Assembly (NCBI GenBank): GCA_001687465.1
Contig: LVLI01000147.1
Coordinates: 1-37,239, forward strand
DNA from: Halocafeteria seosinensis
Taxonomy: Eukaryota
DNA: 37,239 nucleotides
Direction: 5' to 3'
A program made the translations under genes and the position numbers. Every line of letters begins with the position of its first letter. Positions within the stretch are counted from its first letter, which is position 1. Positions 32,797 to 37,239 of this stretch are shown piece by piece. Below the pieces are notes generated by a model. The model saw only the letters and a program-made list of their open reading frames with translations. It did not search any database and had not been told where the DNA came from.

Positions 32797-35037
32797 ATGG
32801 ACTCGCCAAGTCGAAGAAGGTAAGAAGACAGTTAGAATTCAAATTACGACGTAGCGTTGCCACGCCTGCGTTCTTTGCTATTTCCGTAATGTGGTTGGCT
32901 ACTACCTTGCAGATTGTATGAAAAGCGCGGCACGAAGCTGGCGCTCCGTGCGGGGACTGCAGCCTCGCCATCGCAACGGCGACGGCATCGGCAAAAGGTG
33001 CAGCACTTGAAGAAACGTCAGGTGGTGCAACATGGTTCCAATGTCCCGATTTCAGGGTCTTTTAATAAACATACGCTCTCACAGTATTTGGAACAAATTT
33101 GGGAGGAGGAAGAACCGGAACCTTCCTCGACCATAGAAGAAGTGTATGAGGACATACCGCTTTCGACAAGCACAGACGGCGGTGTGTTTGCTTCTCATGG
33201 AGAATGGCACTACCCGGATGATCCACAGTTAGCGTCTCATATCCCCAAATGGAGCACTCCTAAAACTAAAGCGAAGAAATGGAAAAAGTGCAATGATACC
33301 GAGGACGTCGCCAAGGATTTACAGAATCTCGATTTGAAAGACCGTGATGATGAATCCACTGTGTACTTTGACTCTCTCAATCAGAAGGACGATTCAAAAG
33401 GCAAAGAACCCGTTAGCTCTGCAAGTGAAGCGGATGTACGGGAAGCAGCGAACTTGGAACCAGAGGCTTCGCCAAGAAACGAACATGTCAATAGTGCAAT
33501 AAAGACCCCTCAGTTTTCCCCAAGAACACCCCACCTCTCCCAGCGAGCTGTCACGTCGATTTTGGTTTCGTCGGTTTTTGAGGTTTTGAACCTAGACGAA
33601 GAATGTGGTGAAGATGACGACAATGAGGAACAAGCAGAGGATGAATTGGACGAATATTTGGACCCGATGGCGACAACAGTCAAAGACAAGAAAAGCTCTT
33701 ACAAGGACTTCCTCTTCACAGAACTCCACAAGCATGCCACGCAAGGCATGGTCACTTGGTCTCCTGCCAATGGTTCGGAACTAAATTTTGAACAAGGAGC
33801 ACTTGCTTGGGCGTCATGTGCATCGGATCCCGTCGAAACGAGTATAAGTAGCTCTTCATACGCTGCTGACGGAGCCATTTCGTCCACATTGCCCGAATCA
33901 TCTGCTGTGACGAGCACGGCTTTCGTCAATAGCCCTCCCATAACCTCGTTTGCCGTCCCATATACAACGCCAGAACCATTTCGACTGGATGAGAGTCTCG
34001 CACCGGAAACAAATGCTGTGCCAACTCGCAATAATGAATCCGCGGAGCAAACTGATGGTAGCACAAATCAACAGGATGATGACTGCCCGTCTGAAGATGC
34101 GCATTCCACTGTCGCAAGTACCACAGCGGGTGGATGGATTCCCAGTGCGGAGTTTTGGGGCGTCTTCGGTCGAAGAGTGTTGTCAAAGTGGGTATGGGAG
34201 TGTCTGGAGGACAATCCGCAACAAGAATCATATCGCCAAAAGTTGCTGGCAGCGAGCATACAGCATCTGCCCGGTACGCGCATGTGGATAGCCAAAGCGT
34301 TAGCGGAAGTAAGTTGTGATCATTTAGAAACCTTTCTCCGAGATCTAAAACTCCGAAGAGAAGGCGGATCTTGGACTGCTGAAGTGGAAGCGGCTCGAGC
34401 CGCTCGAAGCGGATGCCGGCGGATTCTCGGTCCAGTCGAAGATGGGAGTGTATTAGCGGAACTGCTTTGCTACCTCGTAAACGTGGTCACCGAAGCATGC
34501 TCCTCCTTGAAGCCCGACGCTCCCCCTCAGATGGCAACTTGGCTTACGGCTCAGTTAGAACTATGTGCACGTACAGTTGTCAACTTGTGTCGAACGCGGC
34601 CAATTCTCGATACTTATTTTAACCAGCTCAACGGATGCATCTGTCGGATGCTACCTGTGCGGCCTCATTTGGCCATCCTTTTACTAAAACGTTTTCTAGC
34701 AGCATGGCCTACCCGTGATGGGCTACGAGAAGTGTCATGGCTCAAGCTTACTCAAACGGTTTTACTGTCCTGTCCTGCGCCAGTTATTTGTGGATCTGAT
34801 GTGCGGATGCCTTTATTCAAACGAATTGTCTGCTGCTTGAAGAGCGATCATGCGGCTGTGGCCAAGACGGCCCTGGGGCTAACGGCAAATATGTATTTGC
34901 TTCTGCATTATATTTTGCCGTTCCCTGATATATCAAAGTCGGTTAATTCTGCCTTGGTACATAATCGAGACCACTGGAATCAAGACATTCGGGAAATGAG
35001 CGAGGAACAGTTCGATCAAATGCTAGATTACCAGTAA
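32797..35037 (+). CDS. Divergent PP2A B' (B56) regulatory-subunit-like protein with a long acidic disordered N-terminus; exon1 32797-32819, intron 32820-32912
   Basis: The C-terminus matches B56 HEAT motifs: VLAELLCYL, LLKRFLAAWPTRDGLREVSWL, PLFKRIVCCLKSDHAAVAKTAL, HWNQDIR. Upstream ATG GAC TCG CCA AGT CGA AGA AG|gtaag...ttgcag|A TTG joins in frame. Confidence 0.75.
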
Positions 35038-35212
35038 TCCCATACTAGTGATGATCAAAAGAGGGGCTAAACATCATTTTAAGACGAAGTGTTTTGCTCT
35101 CATCCTACGTTATTTAATGTCGATACGTCCAATACGAATTAGTATAGTTTACATTTGAGGACAATATAAGCAGTCCGCAGTTCCGGACCGTATTTTTGGA
35201 GAAGTAATTACA

Positions 35213-36084
35213 TTATTCTCTAATGCTCAACTCTAGCTCTGTTCCTAATAGTTCTTTGATCTCATCGTATAAAAGCTTCTCCAATAGAGAATCGTCTCGA
35301 GTGTTCAACCATCTCCCACTGTTAGCATCATAGTAATAGCGTTTAGGACCGCTGTTGTCGGAGAGCAATTCCAATGAACGAGGTCAGCAAAACAAGAGAG
35401 CCAAAATGACACTAGAACTTACCTAATTGGAGAAGACCACCATATCTGCCTATTGGGGGTCTGCTTATTTATTACATACGTTCCTTGCTCTCCCAAGTTC
35501 ACCGTCAAAACTCCTTGCTGCTTTCCAAGAACGCATACTTTAATGCTCCACATATCACTCTCATATCCAAACACGCCGTACCGAATTAAACATATCGAAC
35601 CCGTCAACTTTATCCTCTAGAACTCCTAGGGCTTCCTCTAAATCCTCTAAATACTGTTCAGCCACTTGGTTATAGTCACTTTCGCTCCACGATTCCGGGT
35701 CCAGTGGCCTTCTGCGGTACCACAGACATACCACGCGGTTTTGGCCGTGAACATCCCTAGGATGCATATAAGCAAAAATTACCTGTTGGAGGAGGCTTCC
35801 TCGCTCGAGGAGAAACACAATGGCGAGGAGGAAGATAATGCACGCGCTCCCCGAGGTCTGCTGGCGGTGCTTTTTCCATCATCAACTGCTGTTTTCACCA
35901 CTTCTTTCTGCGTCAACAGCGCTGAATTTTGGCTATAACACATTTCATACACAGAGGATTGTAATGCATGTGTTGATAAAGCTTTGCATGCGCTGTGTGA
36001 CGTGCATAATGGCCTCAAAGAGAGGTGCCTCATGCTCTCTCGAGCGGTTGCCAGACCTATTCCACGCGTTTTCAAGCTCCACAT
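35213..36084 (-). CDS. FXN: Frataxin (mitochondrial iron-binding, CyaY family), 4 exons
   Basis: Exons 36084-35783, 35711-35582, 35517-35423, 35351-35213. Motifs [58 protein letters not shown]. Arg/Ser-rich presequence-like N-terminus. Confidence 0.93.
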
Positions 36085-36380
36085 GCTCTTTTCTCACCAT
36101 CCATTGACGCTGTACACAAGATCTATTTCATCTCCACGATACCATGGCACTTTTCTCGGTCGAGACGCCGTATGCAAGTATGAAATCAAGGTAATAACAT
36201 TTGTGAAGTTGGATGTGAAGATGAGTCTCTTCAACGCCCTCCCACTTTGAGGGCTTGATATACAGTAGTATAGACGTTTCGGCAAGGTTTGGAGTGTCAT
36301 AGAGCCTGTAGATGAAGCTGAAGAAGCCATTGGAGCAAAGAAAAAAAAATTGGTAAAAATAAGGCATTCTATCGTTCATC

Positions 36381-37239
36381 ATGGCGGCCGACCCACGCTA
36401 TACAGGAGGTCATAATAATGATAATGACCACGATATTGAGCTCTCCGAGGACGATTCCTCCTCCCTGTCCGACGGGGAAGGCAGCGGCGACTACAACCTG
36501 GGAGCTCCCGGACCCCGACATGAACCCATGAAACAGAAACAAACACCGGAAGATATTGAATGCCCCGTGGAGCCGATGGATATTGCGTTTCATCCGACGC
36601 ACGACGTGCTAGCGTCCGGTCTGATCAATGGAGAGATCTACTTGCACCACTACACTGTACCGACGGAACCTGAACAAGGAGCAGCGGCGGCAAGCACGGA
36701 GGACTCGGCTGCGTCGTCGCCACAATCGGCTACGCGGCAACTCATCTACACCCATGGGAAACCGGAGACCTCCATTCGATGCTTGGAGTTCAACCAGGAT
36801 GGTAGACGTAAGTGGTGCAATTGCCTGTCATTGTCGTAAAAGTAAAGCAAAAAAGTGGTAATTTTGTGCAACGACAGAACTGTTTGCTGGGGTGTCGGAT
36901 GGGGCATTGGTGGCGATTGATAGCACCGGCAAAGTCTCATGGAATTTACGTAAAGCTCACAAGTGAGTTCCAGTGTTTGTATGTACAAAGTGCTTTGTGC
37001 TTAAATAGGCCAACCTTGTCTGAGTTTTCGCAGAAGTGCTGTCAACACAATTTATCCTTTCGGAGAATATGTATTGGTAACTGGAGATGAAGATGGAGTC
37101 ATTAAGGTAGGTCATGTGTTGGAATGGAACCCTTCATCGGTGCGGTGGCGTGACGAAAGCTATGTTATCTGCACTTGGTTAACCAGGTCTGGGACACGAG
37201 AACTGCAAAGTCTGCCTTAGGTTTCAAACACCACGAAGT
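36381..37239 (+). CDS. WDR55: WD40-repeat protein WDR55/JIP5 homolog (5' part; runs off the window)
   Basis: Acidic N-terminus, then PMDIAFHPTHDVLASGLINGEIYLHHY, IRCLEFNQDG, LRKAH, AVNTIYPFGEYVLVTGDEDGVIK|VWDTR..FKHHE across GT-AG introns. Confidence 0.8.

Noticed and set aside
36094..36330. 78-aa minus ORF as an extra frataxin 5' exon
   Set aside because: It ends in a TGA in frame just upstream of the ATG at 36084, and no splice that bypasses it was found.

Overview
Intron-containing eukaryotic (protist-like) genomic DNA with short GT-AG introns of about 50-100 nt. The left end (1-3.7 kb) is decayed accessory sequence: a 141-bp tandem repeat encoding a Ser/Thr-rich stalk, a 5'-truncated CRE-type non-LTR retrotransposon and an LRR pseudogene. 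Next come an intronless stand-alone transhydrogenase domain I (PntA/AlaDH-fold) gene, a very large multi-exon uncharacterised gene (5045-13380) and a GH47 alpha-1,2-mannosidase with an extra LamG-like domain. Three co-oriented paralogs of an unrecognised family follow, with conserved intron positions and three repeats resembling bacterial PH (bPH) domains. A decayed, internally duplicated GLUG-like repeat gene sits between paralogs A and B. The right end holds a divergent PP2A B56-like gene with its own LxxIxE motif, frataxin and the 5' part of WDR55. All family assignments come from motif recognition by eye, not database searches.
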